64,000 nt of DNA from an uncultured Planctomycetia bacterium (GTDB lineage: Bacteria > Omnitrophota > Gorgyraeia > VGKN01): contig CAZDNS010000001.1 of assembly GCA_964506845.1 (NCBI GenBank), positions 5,618 through 69,617 of the forward strand, written 5' to 3'. The position numbers and the translations under genes were made by a program. Below the pieces are notes generated by a model. It searched no databases, was not told where the DNA came from, and saw only the letters and a list, made by a program, of their open reading frames with translations. The stretch's first letter is position 1; each line of letters opens with the position of its first letter. This document shows positions 19,367 through 29,833 of this stretch, piece by piece.

Positions 19367-20719
19367 ATGGCGAAGAAATTGTGGGGTGGAAGGTTTACTA
19401 AAAAAACAAATCCATCTGTTGAAGAATTTACCAAGTCTATTCAATACGATTATAAACTTGCTAAGTATGATTTGCTCGGTTCTATGGCGCATGTAGAGAT
19501 ATTAAAAAAGAGTGGATATCTAACCCATTATGAATCAGAAAGGCTTCAGAAAGAATTGGACGATATTTATGAACAGGTCGAAAAAAATAATTTTAAACCT
19601 GATAAAAAATGCGAAGATATTCATACTAACATTCAGAATATCCTGGAAAAAAGACTCGGCGCTTTGGCGTTAAAACTCCATACTGCAAGGTCAAGGAACG
19701 ACCAGGTTGTGTTTTCGACAAAATTGTATTGCAAAATGGCTATTTCTAAACTATTGGTTGATATTGCTGCGCTGGATTATGCAATAACAAAACTAGTTGT
19801 AAATAACGCTGATATAATTATTCCGGGCTTTACACACATGCAACATGCTCAACCGGTTTATTTGAAAGATTATCTTGAAGCGTATTCAAAAATGTTAGAA
19901 AGAGATATCGATAGATTGAAACACATTGAAGCAAATATGAAAATAACTTTAGGTGCAGGCGCACTTGCAGGAACACCCATTAATGTAGATACATATAAGA
20001 TGAAGACTTCGGATTTCATAAAGGAAGCAAAATTAGATGAAGCATTTAATATCCAGGCAACTACTAATTCTATAGATTCTGTAAGCGACAGGGATTTTGT
20101 TATTGACATTATAAGCGCACTATCTATCCTCGCTATGCACCTTTCAAGACTGGCAGAGGACCTGATAATCTGGTCTACGAAGGAATTCAATTTTATTGAA
20201 ATAGACGAGGCCTTCTGTACCGGCAGTTCTCTTATGCCGCAGAAGAAGAATCCGGATGTCTTGGAATTGATAAGAGGCTACGCAGGCAGATTATACGGCA
20301 ATTTGGTAAGCGTTTTAACTATGATGAAGGGCCTGCCTTTAACCTACAACAGGGATATGCAGTTAGATAAGGAATCCCTGTTTAATTCCCTTGAAATAGT
20401 ATCTTCCCAATTAAGGGTATTGACAGGGCTGGTAAAAACATTAAAATTCAATAAATCCGTGATAGATGAGCAACTGAAGGATGAGTCATTATATGCTACC
20501 GACATTGTATATTATCTTGTTAAAAAAGGGATGGCATTTAAGGAAGCCCATACCACTGTAGGTAAACTAATCAGATATTCCATTGAGAATTCTATAAAGA
20601 TAAAAAATATGCCGGAATCTCTTCTTAAGAAATTTTCAAAAAAATTTACCAGAGGCGAGATATTAAAGTTATTCGACCCGGTTGTTTCGGTGAAATCAAA
20701 AAAATCTATTAAAAGATAA
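19367..20719 (+). CDS. argH: Argininosuccinate lyase
   Basis: LWGGRF, RSRNDQ, GSSLMPQKKNPD. Confidence 0.97.
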   Translation: MAKKLWGGRFTKKTNPSVEEFTKSIQYDYKLAKYDLLGSMAHVEILKKSGYLTHYESERLQKELDDIYEQVEKNNFKPDKKCEDIHTNIQNILEKRLGALALKLHTARSRNDQVVFSTKLYCKMAISKLLVDIAALDYAITKLVVNNADIIIPGFTHMQHAQPVYLKDYLEAYSKMLERDIDRLKHIEANMKITLGAGALAGTPINVDTYKMKTSDFIKEAKLDEAFNIQATTNSIDSVSDRDFVIDIISALSILAMHLSRLAEDLIIWSTKEFNFIEIDEAFCTGSSLMPQKKNPDVLELIRGYAGRLYGNLVSVLTMMKGLPLTYNRDMQLDKESLFNSLEIVSSQLRVLTGLVKTLKFNKSVIDEQLKDESLYATDIVYYLVKKGMAFKEAHTTVGKLIRYSIENSIKIKNMPESLLKKFSKKFTRGEILKLFDPVVSVKSKKSIKR

Positions 20720-20720
20720 A

Positions 20721-21989
20721 ATGCACGAATTTAAATATAAAAGAAATCAATTATATTGTGAAAATATAAAGGCCTTAGACTTATCCGGGCGTTTCGGAAC
20801 ACCTCTTTATGTGTATAGCTATAAGACTCTTATAGACCATTTTCTTAAATTAAAAGCAGCCTTTAGAGAAATTAATCCCATTATATGTTATTCGGTTAAG
20901 GCAAATTCCAATCTGGCTATTCTAAGGGCGCTTGTAGCTAAAGGCGCGGGCCTTGATATAGTTTCAGGCGGAGAGCTATTCCGCGCGATGAGGGTTGGTT
21001 GCCCGGCAAATAAAATTGTTTACGCCTCTGTAGGCAAAACCGAGACGGAGATAGAGACCGCTATAAAAATAGGCGTACGTTTTTTTAACGTGGAATCCCT
21101 GCAGGAATTGGAAAATATAAACCGTATAGCAGCGAGACTAAACCGAACGGCAAATGCGGCGATACGTATAAATCCGGACATAGAACCCAAAACTCACAAA
21201 TTCATTACCACGGGGAAACTGACCAACAAATTCGGGATTGATTTTAAAAGCGCCGGCGATATTCTCCTTAAGCGCGAAAAAATCCCCAACCTTTCAATTA
21301 AGGGGTTGCATATCCACATCGGCTCGCAGATTACCGAAAGCACCCCGTTTATAGCGGCGATTTCGCGGATACTCTCATTTATAAAAAAATTGAAAAAAAA
21401 TTCAATTGATATAAAATACTTGAATATCGGCGGCGGGCTTGGAATAGTATATGATAGGGAAACGCCCCAGACTGCCGATGAATTTGCCAAAAAGATATTG
21501 CCTTTACTAAAAGATACGAACCTGAAAATAATAATAGAGCCCGGAAGGTTTATTGTGGGAAATGCCGGAATACTGGTTACAAAGGTCTTGTATGTTAAAA
21601 ATACCCCTAAAAAGAAATTCATTATTGTTGACGCAGGAATGAACGACCTGATTAGGCCTTCTCTTTATGGCGCTTACCACAATATACTTCCCTTAACGAG
21701 AAATGGGCAACGAGAAATGGGCAACGAGAAATACGATGTAGTAGGTCCTATCTGTGAAAGTGGCGATTTCTTTGCCAAGGATAGAACCTTACCTGTAATT
21801 AAAAAAGAGGACTATCTTGCAATAATGGGTGCCGGCGCCTACGGATTTAGTATGTCCTCCAATTATAATTCAAGGCTAAGGGTAGAAGAGGTTATGGTGT
21901 TTGGTAATAATGCCTACTCAATTCGAAAAAGAGAAAGCTATAAGGATTTGATTCGAGGAGAAACCATACCACCTGTTTTAAAACCTTAA
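20721..21989 (+). CDS. lysA: Diaminopimelate decarboxylase
   Basis: YSVKAN, HIGSQ, EPGR, GPICESGD, GAYG. Confidence 0.96.
   Translation: MHEFKYKRNQLYCENIKALDLSGRFGTPLYVYSYKTLIDHFLKLKAAFREINPIICYSVKANSNLAILRALVAKGAGLDIVSGGELFRAMRVGCPANKIVYASVGKTETEIETAIKIGVRFFNVESLQELENINRIAARLNRTANAAIRINPDIEPKTHKFITTGKLTNKFGIDFKSAGDILLKREKIPNLSIKGLHIHIGSQITESTPFIAAISRILSFIKKLKKNSIDIKYLNIGGGLGIVYDRETPQTADEFAKKILPLLKDTNLKIIIEPGRFIVGNAGILVTKVLYVKNTPKKKFIIVDAGMNDLIRPSLYGAYHNILPLTRNGQREMGNEKYDVVGPICESGDFFAKDRTLPVIKKEDYLAIMGAGAYGFSMSSNYNSRLRVEEVMVFGNNAYSIRKRESYKDLIRGETIPPVLKP
21695..21736. repeat. In-frame heptamer tandem array in lysA
   Basis: aacgaga aatgggc aacgaga aatgggc aacgaga aatacga (6 x 7 = 42 bp). Confidence 0.8.
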
Positions 21990-21991
21990 AG

Positions 21992-22864
21992 ATGAATAAA
22001 ATAACTTTTGTTAAAACTGTTGCTTCTGGAAATGATTTTGTGATAGTAGAAAATTTACAAAAGGACTCGTATAACCTGCCAGGACTTGCAAGGGAAATCT
22101 GTAACCGAAAATTTGGCATAGGTGCAGATGGTCTGCTTATATTGAAAAAATCAAAAAAGGCAGATATAAGGATGCGCATATTTAACGCTGATGGCTCTGA
22201 GGCCCAGATGTGCGGAAACGGCGCTAGGTGTACCGCTCTATATATGAATAAAAGAAACGTTAAAATAGAGACAGGTGCAGGAATGATTGAATCCATAGTA
22301 AATGGCGATAACGTGAGAATAAAACTAACGGAGCCAAAAAACTTAAAGGTAGATATGCCCATAAAGATTAATGACAGAACTTTGCATATAAACTTTATCG
22401 ATACGGGCGTCCCGCATACCGTAATATTTGTAAAAGACATAGATAAAATTGATGTATTTGGTATAGGTAAGAGGATTAGATGCCACAAAAGGTTTAAACC
22501 CCGCGGGACAAATGTGGACTTTGTAGAAATACTGAATGACAACTCCATAAAAATCAGAACCTACGAAAGGGGCGTAGAGGATGAAACACTTGCCTGCGGA
22601 ACTGGAGCAGTGGCTGCCGCGTTAGTTGCAAATAGCAAATGGTCCCGAATGCAGTTATTCAAAGAGGTTACACTTCGGGATCCCGAAGCTAAGCAGAAGC
22701 AGTCGCTACATTCGGGACAAATTACAAGTTACGAAAAAATAAACGTCTATACAAAGACTGGCGAATTGCTAAAAGTATGTTTTGAAAAAATGTATAATAA
22801 ATTTACTAACGTCTGGCTGGAAGGAAAGGCAAAAATCGTCTACAAAGGAGCGTATTATGTTTAA
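21992..22864 (+). CDS. dapF: Diaminopimelate epimerase with an in-frame palindromic insertion
   Basis: GNDF, QMCGNG, GVPH, ERGVEDETLACGTG. Confidence 0.95.
   Translation: MNKITFVKTVASGNDFVIVENLQKDSYNLPGLAREICNRKFGIGADGLLILKKSKKADIRMRIFNADGSEAQMCGNGARCTALYMNKRNVKIETGAGMIESIVNGDNVRIKLTEPKNLKVDMPIKINDRTLHINFIDTGVPHTVIFVKDIDKIDVFGIGKRIRCHKRFKPRGTNVDFVEILNDNSIKIRTYERGVEDETLACGTGAVAAALVANSKWSRMQLFKEVTLRDPEAKQKQSLHSGQITSYEKINVYTKTGELLKVCFEKMYNKFTNVWLEGKAKIVYKGAYYV
22643..22717. mobile_element. 75-bp inverted-repeat element inserted in frame in dapF
   Basis: tcccgaatgcag...ctacattcggga ends; central palindrome cttcgggatcccgaag. Confidence 0.8.
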
Positions 22865-23732
22865 GGGTTCTATTGTCGCCTTGGTCACACCCTTTAAAAA
22901 TCATAAAGTGGATGAAAAAAAACTTAGGGAGTTGATTTCATGGCATATCAAGGAAGGCACTGACGGAATTGTACCGTGCGGAACCACTGGAGAATCCGCA
23001 ACCCTTTCCTGGGCAGAACACGAGAGAGTGGTTGAAATAGCGGTGGAGATTGCCAAGAAAAAAATCCCGATTATAGCCGGAACCGGTTCAAATTCAACCG
23101 AGGAGGCTATAATGCTTACAAAACATGCAGAAAAAATCGGAGCCGATGGCTCGCTTCAGGTTTCGCCCTATTATAACCGGCCCACGCAAAAGGGTCTTTA
23201 TCTCCATTTCAAGGCAATTGCCGAGGCTGTAGATATACCTATAATCCTCTATAATATTGCCTCGCGCACGGGCGTAAACATAGAGCCAGAGACTATTGCA
23301 AAGTTGGCTTATGAATGCAAAAATATTGTGGGAGTAAAAGAGGCGTCAGGAAATCTTGACCAGATGAGCAGGATAAAAGCCATGTGTCCGGAGAATTTTA
23401 TACTTCTTTCCGGAGACGACAGCCTCACCTTGCCAATTATGGCTTTAGGCGGAAAGGGCATTATCTCAGTTGTGGCTAATATAGTCCCCAGGGATGTTAA
23501 GAATATGGTCTTGGCATTCGAGAAGGGCAATATCAAAGAGGCGCAGAGGCTGCATTATAAACTGCTATCTCTGATAAAGGCTATGTTTATCGAAACAAAT
23601 CCTATCCCTGTAAAAACAGCGATGGGTATTTTAAAATTATGCGACCCGCATCTTAGGCTTCCGCTATGCTCAATGAGCGAAGAAAATCTTGAGAAATTGA
23701 AAAAGGCTCTGAAGGAATACAGGTTAATCTGA
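22857..23732 (+). CDS. dapA: 4-hydroxy-tetrahydrodipicolinate synthase
   Basis: CGTTGES, PYYNRP, VGVKEA, TNPIPVK. Confidence 0.96.
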   Translation: MFKGSIVALVTPFKNHKVDEKKLRELISWHIKEGTDGIVPCGTTGESATLSWAEHERVVEIAVEIAKKKIPIIAGTGSNSTEEAIMLTKHAEKIGADGSLQVSPYYNRPTQKGLYLHFKAIAEAVDIPIILYNIASRTGVNIEPETIAKLAYECKNIVGVKEASGNLDQMSRIKAMCPENFILLSGDDSLTLPIMALGGKGIISVVANIVPRDVKNMVLAFEKGNIKEAQRLHYKLLSLIKAMFIETNPIPVKTAMGILKLCDPHLRLPLCSMSEENLEKLKKALKEYRLI

Positions 23733-23755
23733 TTCTAAATATCGAGGGGGAATTT

Positions 23756-24475
23756 TTGATAAAACTGGCTATCAGCGGTTGTTGCGGCAGGATGGGTCTA
23801 AGAATTGCAGGGTTGGCCTTCCAAGACAAATCCTTTGCCGTAAATGTGCTTATAGAGAAAAAGGGGCATCCTAAAATAGGAACCCTTTGGGAGGGAATTC
23901 CTATTACCGACAACCCCAATGAAATAAGAAACGGAGACTGCCTTATTGAATTTACCTTTCCCGAGGTAACCCTTGCGCACCTTGAGATTGCACTAAAATA
24001 TGGAAAGGCAGTAGTTATAGGCACAACCGGTTTAACAGAGGAGCAAAAAGGGATTATAAAGTCTGCTTCTCGACAAATACCTATTGTCTTATCTCCAAAT
24101 ATGTCTGTGGGGGTGAATCTGCTATTTAAACTTGTCAAAGAGGCAACTTGTGCCTTAAAGGCCTACAGGGTAAATATAGTTGAGGCGCATCATATACATA
24201 AAAAAGATGCACCCTCGGGGACAGCAAAGCGAATAGCAGAGATAGTTAAAAAGATATCCCAAGATGAAGTCGCTGACATAAAATCAATAAGGGAAGATGA
24301 GATAGTGGGAGATCATGAGGTTATATTCGACAGTTCCTTAGATACTATAAAGCTAAGTCATTCTGCAAAAACCAGGGATATCTTTGCCGAAGGCGCTCTT
24401 TGCGCTGCAAAATGGCTCATAAAAAAGAAAAGCGGCCTTTTTGATATGCAGGATGTCGTAGAGGGAGGTTTTTAG
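23756..24475 (+). CDS. dapB: 4-hydroxy-tetrahydrodipicolinate reductase
   Basis: GRMG, VIGTTG, EAHHIHKKDAPSGTA. Confidence 0.95.
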   Translation: MIKLAISGCCGRMGLRIAGLAFQDKSFAVNVLIEKKGHPKIGTLWEGIPITDNPNEIRNGDCLIEFTFPEVTLAHLEIALKYGKAVVIGTTGLTEEQKGIIKSASRQIPIVLSPNMSVGVNLLFKLVKEATCALKAYRVNIVEAHHIHKKDAPSGTAKRIAEIVKKISQDEVADIKSIREDEIVGDHEVIFDSSLDTIKLSHSAKTRDIFAEGALCAAKWLIKKKSGLFDMQDVVEGGF

Positions 24476-24479
24476 ACAT

Positions 24480-25010
24480 ATGAATAAACCCATTTTAATT
24501 ATTGTTTGTTTTAGCCTTGCATTACTTTTAACAGGGGAGGTGAGCGTTATGGCCTTAGAGTTAAAATGCGACTCATTTGAAGCAAATGAGGAAATCCCTT
24601 TAAAGCACTCATATAATGATGAGAATCTCTCTCCGGGCTTAAGCTGGTATGATGTGCCGCCAGGGGCAAGGAGTTTTGTCCTAATCTGCGATGATCCAGA
24701 CGCGCCTATTAAGACATTCGTTCACTGGGTCATATTCAACATCCCAAAGGATACAAGAGAACTAAAAGAAGGTATACCTGAACAGGAAATTTTAGATGAC
24801 GGTGCAATACAGGGAACGAACGACTTTGGCCAGATAGGCTACGCTGGGCCTGCTCCGCCGCCAGGATCTAGTCACAGGTATGTATTTAAGCTCTACGCGG
24901 TGGATACCACTCTTAACCTAAAACCAAGGGCAACAAAAAACCAGGTTTTAAAGGCGATGGAGGGACATATCCTTGCTGAAGCGAAATTTATCGGAAGATT
25001 CGGAAGATAA
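24480..25010 (+). CDS. YbhB/YbcL (PEBP) family protein
   Basis: DDPDAP, FVHWV, YAGPAPP, HRYVF. Confidence 0.9.
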   Translation: MNKPILIIVCFSLALLLTGEVSVMALELKCDSFEANEEIPLKHSYNDENLSPGLSWYDVPPGARSFVLICDDPDAPIKTFVHWVIFNIPKDTRELKEGIPEQEILDDGAIQGTNDFGQIGYAGPAPPPGSSHRYVFKLYAVDTTLNLKPRATKNQVLKAMEGHILAEAKFIGRFGR

Positions 25011-25019
25011 CCTAAAGAA

Positions 25020-26183
25020 ATGAATATTGATTTGTCCGAGAGATTAAAAAAAATACCGCCGTATCTCTTTGTTGAAATAGACAGGATAAAAAGGAAATTG
25101 AAAGAGGATGGCAGGGACATAATTGACTTAGGTATTGGCGACCCCGACCAACCAACTCCACAGTTTATTATTGCCAGCCTTAATGAGGCGGCATCTGACT
25201 CCTCAAATCATAGATATGCCCTGGATACCGGAATGCAGGCTTTCAGGGAGGCGATTTCAGCCTGGTACGCCAATAGGTTTAAAGTCATTTTAGACCCAGA
25301 GACAGAAATTCTGCCCTTGATCGGCTCAAAGGAAGGAATAGCGCATTTTCCCCTTGCTATTTTAAACAGGGGTGATTATGCTCTCCTGCCAGAGCCCTGT
25401 TATCCGCCGTATAAGGGAGGCACTATATTAGCAGACGGAAAGATATATCCTTTGCCCCTTTTAGCAAAAAATGATTTTCTTCCTGACTTAAAAAGAATAC
25501 AACCGTCTGTCCTGAAAAAGGCAAAGCTGATTTTTGTAAATTACCCTAATAACCCTACCTCCGCGGTTGCAACAGACGAATTCTACAAAGAGCTGATTCA
25601 GTTTGCGCTCAGGAATAACATAATAGCTGTCTCTGACCTGGCTTATTCCGAAATTACGTTTGAGGGTTATAGGCCAAGAAGCCTTCTTGAATTTGACGGC
25701 GCCAGGGAGTGCGTTATCGAGTTTCATTCCCTATCCAAAACCTACAATATGACGGGATGGCGCAGCGGCTGGGCATGCGGAAACAGTAGTCTAGTAGGTT
25801 TACTCGGAAAGGTAAAATCTAATATTGACTCAGGTATATTTCAGGCTATACAGATAGCAAGCATAGCAGCGCTTAAAAGCGACACAGCGCATATAAATTC
25901 AATGTGTAGCCTGTATCAGGAGCGCCGGGATATTTTAATTAAGGGGCTTAAATCCATAGGATTAAGGCCTAACATACCAAAGGCTACCTTTTATGTCTGG
26001 ACAAAGGTTCCAAGAGGTAAGGATTCCTCAGGTTTTGCCAGATTGCTGCTGGAAGAGGCGAGCATAGTGGTAACCCCTGGGGTAGGCTTCGGCAAAAGTG
26101 GAGAGGGTTATATACGCATGGCTTTGACTATCCCGAAAGAAAGAATTCTGGAGGCAATAGAAAGACTACGAAAGATAATCTGA
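25020..26183 (+). CDS. dapL: LL-diaminopimelate aminotransferase (class I/II PLP)
   Basis: PPYLF, LIGSKEG, NYPNNPT, SKTYNMTGWR; dap operon context. Confidence 0.8.
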   Translation: MNIDLSERLKKIPPYLFVEIDRIKRKLKEDGRDIIDLGIGDPDQPTPQFIIASLNEAASDSSNHRYALDTGMQAFREAISAWYANRFKVILDPETEILPLIGSKEGIAHFPLAILNRGDYALLPEPCYPPYKGGTILADGKIYPLPLLAKNDFLPDLKRIQPSVLKKAKLIFVNYPNNPTSAVATDEFYKELIQFALRNNIIAVSDLAYSEITFEGYRPRSLLEFDGARECVIEFHSLSKTYNMTGWRSGWACGNSSLVGLLGKVKSNIDSGIFQAIQIASIAALKSDTAHINSMCSLYQERRDILIKGLKSIGLRPNIPKATFYVWTKVPRGKDSSGFARLLLEEASIVVTPGVGFGKSGEGYIRMALTIPKERILEAIERLRKII

Positions 26184-26206
26184 TAACTCAGGTCAATTAA
26201 ATAGTA

Positions 26207-26623
26207 ATGGGAGGGGTAAATAAAAAGGTATTGGTTTTTCTGGGAATAGGCTCTAACCTGGGAAACAGGTTTAATAATATAAAAAAAGCAATCTATCTGC
26301 TTAAAGAGACACCCTGTATAAGATTTAGAAAACTATCGAGGTTATATGAGACTGCCCCTGACGGCGGACCGCGGCAGAGGAACTTTATAAATGGCGCGAT
26401 AAAGATAGAGACGCAGCTTTCACCCTTAAAACTCCTTGAACGTTTAAAGCAAATAGAGCGTATTCTGGGCAGAAAAAAAACGCTTAAGAATGGACCAAGG
26501 TCCATAGACCTTGATATTCTATTCTACGGAACTCGGATAATTAACATTAAAAAACTAAGAATCCCGCATCCCCGTATGTTTGAAAGGGAATTTGTCCTAA
26601 AGCCCTTGCGAGAAATAATATGA
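26207..26623 (+). CDS. folK: 2-amino-4-hydroxy-6-hydroxymethyldihydropteridine diphosphokinase
   Basis: GIGSNLG, GPRSIDLDIL, PHPRMFEREFV. Confidence 0.93.
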   Translation: MGGVNKKVLVFLGIGSNLGNRFNNIKKAIYLLKETPCIRFRKLSRLYETAPDGGPRQRNFINGAIKIETQLSPLKLLERLKQIERILGRKKTLKNGPRSIDLDILFYGTRIINIKKLRIPHPRMFEREFVLKPLREII

Positions 26624-27465
26624 TAATAATTAAAGATATGCGCCGGATGGCTGAATGGGTAAAGTCTCAGAAAAAGAAAGGCGGGAAAATAGGCTTTGTC
26701 CCTACAATGGGTTATTTACACGAAGGCCATCTCTCACTTTTTCGAAAAGCAAAACAGGAGTGCAGCGCAGTAGTAATGAGTATATTTGTGAATCCCATCC
26801 AGTTTGGGCCTAAGGAAGATTTTAAAAAGTATCCCAGAGATTTAAAAAGGGATATAAAATTAGCAAGCTCAGCCGGGGTAGATGTGTTCTTTTATCCGCA
26901 GACCCGTATTATGTATCCCGTTGATTTTCTTACCTACGTAAATGTGGATAAGCTTACGGATACACTCTGCGGAAGGTCTCGTCCGGGTCATTTCAAGGGG
27001 GTCACGACCGTAGTTGCAAAACTATTTAACATTGTTCAACCGGACATTGCTTATTTCGGCCAGAAGGATAGCCAGCAGGCAGTTGTCATAAAACAGATGG
27101 TAAGGGATTTGAATTTTCCTCTCAAAGTTAAGGTTATGCCTATAGTCAGAGAAAAAGACGGGCTGGCTATGAGTTCAAGAAACGCCTACCTTTCCGAGTC
27201 CGAAAGGCGCGATGCCCTTATTATCTATCAGGCGCTAAAATCGGCTAAAAGATTAATTTTATCTGGAGAATTGGATATAAATATGGTAAAATCTCATATC
27301 AAAAATTTGCTTAGAAAAAAAAGGTTAATGCGAATAGACTATATTGAGATACTAAACGCGGAAAATCTCAAAACCCTGGACAGGGCCTGCGGGAAGGTTC
27401 TTATTGCCATTGCGGCATTCGCTGGAAAAACAAGACTCATAGATAATATTACTCTAAGGGTATAA
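26620..27465 (+). CDS. panC: Pantoate-beta-alanine ligase
   Basis: PTMGYLHEGH, FGQKD, LAMSSRN, RLIDN. Confidence 0.96.
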   Translation: MIIIKDMRRMAEWVKSQKKKGGKIGFVPTMGYLHEGHLSLFRKAKQECSAVVMSIFVNPIQFGPKEDFKKYPRDLKRDIKLASSAGVDVFFYPQTRIMYPVDFLTYVNVDKLTDTLCGRSRPGHFKGVTTVVAKLFNIVQPDIAYFGQKDSQQAVVIKQMVRDLNFPLKVKVMPIVREKDGLAMSSRNAYLSESERRDALIIYQALKSAKRLILSGELDINMVKSHIKNLLRKKRLMRIDYIEILNAENLKTLDRACGKVLIAIAAFAGKTRLIDNITLRV

Positions 27466-27466
27466 T

Positions 27467-27817
27467 ATGTTAAGGATAATCTGCAAATCAAAGATACATA
27501 ATGCCACTGTTACGGATGCTAATCTGAAATACACCGGCTCTATAACCATAGACAAAAAACTCCTAAAAGAAGCGGACATATTAGAATGGGAAAGGGTGCA
27601 GATAGTAAACCTTAATAACGGTTCCAGGGTTGAAACCTATGTTATGGCGGGCAAGGAGAATTCCGGCACTATCTGTATGAACGGCGCGGCTGCCAGATGG
27701 GCACAGGTAGGAGACAATGTTATAATCATTTCATATTGTATGGCCGAAAAAAAAGAGATTAAAAAATTCAAACCCAAAATAGTTTTTGTTGATAAAAAAA
27801 ACAGGATTACAAAATGA
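27467..27817 (+). CDS. panD: Aspartate 1-decarboxylase
   Basis: KSKIH, YTGSITID, NGAAAR. Confidence 0.96.
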   Translation: MLRIICKSKIHNATVTDANLKYTGSITIDKKLLKEADILEWERVQIVNLNNGSRVETYVMAGKENSGTICMNGAAARWAQVGDNVIIISYCMAEKKEIKKFKPKIVFVDKKNRITK

Positions 27818-28785
27818 TAGTAAAAGAGGATAAAGAAAGAAAATATAGAGCGGAAATAAAGAGGAAAATAGCCATCCTAAAGAAAAACCGCGATGCCGTT
27901 ATCATAGTGCATAATTATCAGCGGGATGAAATCCAGGATATCGCCGATATAAGCGGGGATTCGCTCGCCCTTTCGCAGGCGGCTGTTAGGACAGATGCCA
28001 GGGTTATAGTATTCTGCGGCGTTCATTTTATGGCGGAAAGCGCCTCTATCCTAAACCCGGATAAAACCGTTCTCTTGCCTGTGGCTGAAGCAGGATGCCC
28101 TATGGCAGATATGATTACGCCGGAAAAACTGCACGCCAAAAAATCAGAATATCCGGATGCGGCTGTAGTCTGCTACGTAAACTCCTCCGCACAGGTAAAA
28201 GCCGAAAGCGATATCTGCTGCACCTCCAGCAATGCAATAGAGATAGTAAGGTCGCTTAATAACAAGAGGATAATATTTGTCCCGGATAAAAACCTTGCCA
28301 GATACGTACAGTCGCAGATTCCCGAAAAAGAGATAATTCCCTGGAATGGCTTCTGCCCCACCCATATAAGGCTCCAGGAAGAGGATGTTTTGAATACCAA
28401 ACGGCTCCATCCGGAAGCGGAGTTCATTGCCCATCCTGAATGTCAACCCGAGGTCCTTTTGCTGGCTGACCATATATGTTCCACGGGGGGTATGTTCACC
28501 TATGTAAAAAAATCTCCCAAAAAAGAGTTTATAATAGGGACAGAGAGCGGTATGCTTTATAAACTAAAAAAGGAAAATCCGCAAAAGAAATTTTATCTTC
28601 CCACGGCTCATCTCATATGCCCGAGTATGAAGTTAACCACCCTTGGCTGGGTGGCGCATTCTCTGGAGTATATGGTAAACGAGGTAAGGGTAAATGATAC
28701 GATAAGGCATAAAGCAAAGCGCTCCCTGGGCAGGATGCTTGAAATATCGGGCGAAAAAAAATGGATGGCAGTCAGCGGATATTAG
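27814..28785 (+). CDS. nadA: Quinolinate synthase
   Basis: HNYQ, FCGVHFMAE, AGCPMA, AHPEC. Confidence 0.95.
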   Translation: MIVKEDKERKYRAEIKRKIAILKKNRDAVIIVHNYQRDEIQDIADISGDSLALSQAAVRTDARVIVFCGVHFMAESASILNPDKTVLLPVAEAGCPMADMITPEKLHAKKSEYPDAAVVCYVNSSAQVKAESDICCTSSNAIEIVRSLNNKRIIFVPDKNLARYVQSQIPEKEIIPWNGFCPTHIRLQEEDVLNTKRLHPEAEFIAHPECQPEVLLLADHICSTGGMFTYVKKSPKKEFIIGTESGMLYKLKKENPQKKFYLPTAHLICPSMKLTTLGWVAHSLEYMVNEVRVNDTIRHKAKRSLGRMLEISGEKKWMAVSGY

Positions 28786-29609
28786 ACCAGAGAATAAAAA
28801 AAATAAAGGTGGGGCTTGTAGGATGCGGTGCTATTGGAAGGGTAATTGCTCAATACATACGAACCCGCTTTGCTGATAAAGCTGTATTATACGCAATAAC
28901 CGAGCCCGACATAAGTAAAATAAGGGTATTAAAGAAACAACTTAAGAGAAGATTAAGGGTTTTAGACATAGATACCCTGATAAAAAAGTCTGACCTTGTA
29001 ATAGAGGCGGCTAACCCGTATGTAGCAAGAGAGGTCGTAAATAAAACCCTGCATTTTAAAAAGGATGCTATGATTTTAAGCAGTGGTGGGCTCATAAATG
29101 AGTATAAAAATTTTTTTGCCAAGGCTGAGAAAAACAGATGCAGACTCTTTGTCCCGAGCGGTGCCTTAAGCGGCGTTGATGCGCTTAAAGCTGCCTCATT
29201 CGGGAAAATTAAAAGGATTGTCCTTACATCCAGAAAACCAGTTAAAGCGTTATTGGACGCACCTTATGTAGTAAAGAAACATCTGAATCTAAAAGGCATA
29301 AGGGGAGAAAAGATAATCTTTGAGGGTTCTGTAAGAGAGGCTGTAAAGGGTTTTCCTAAGAACATAAACGTATCTGCCACGGTAAACCTGTCAAGCCTTG
29401 CAGGAAAAAACATAGTCATAAGGATAGTCACCTCTCCCAGATACAGGCTAAACAGTCATGAGCTTACGGTAGAAGGAGATTTTGGAAAGGTATCAAGCAG
29501 GGTTGAAAGCAAACCTTGTAAGGATAACCCTAAAACATCCCAAATAGCCGTCTTATCCGTCCTGGCGACACTCAGGGATATTTTAGGTTATATAAGGGTG
29601 GGAACATAA
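28761..29609 (+). CDS. nadX: L-aspartate dehydrogenase
   Basis: [27 protein letters not shown]; next to nadA. Confidence 0.85.
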   Translation: MDGSQRILDQRIKKIKVGLVGCGAIGRVIAQYIRTRFADKAVLYAITEPDISKIRVLKKQLKRRLRVLDIDTLIKKSDLVIEAANPYVAREVVNKTLHFKKDAMILSSGGLINEYKNFFAKAEKNRCRLFVPSGALSGVDALKAASFGKIKRIVLTSRKPVKALLDAPYVVKKHLNLKGIRGEKIIFEGSVREAVKGFPKNINVSATVNLSSLAGKNIVIRIVTSPRYRLNSHELTVEGDFGKVSSRVESKPCKDNPKTSQIAVLSVLATLRDILGYIRVGT

Positions 29610-29809
29610 TGAAGGAATGTATAAATCTTAAAAAGAATATACAGGGGTGTAACTGCACATACGAGCTATGCGAAAGAAAAGGAAGATGCTGCGAATGTTT
29701 ATCCTATCACAGGGTGAGGGAAGAATTTCCGGCTTGTTTCTTTCCGGCTCGATACGAAAAAACCTATGACAGGTCGCTTAATAATTTGCTTCTGGCTTAC
29801 GGACGTTAG
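29609..29809 (+). CDS. Small Cys-rich protein (DUF6485-like)
   Basis: CNCTY..C.RKG.CCEC..YH...PACFF...YDRS. Confidence 0.75.
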   Translation: MKECINLKKNIQGCNCTYELCERKGRCCECLSYHRVREEFPACFFPARYEKTYDRSLNNLLLAYGR

Positions 29810-29833
29810 GACTTAAGGGATTTTAAAAAATTC

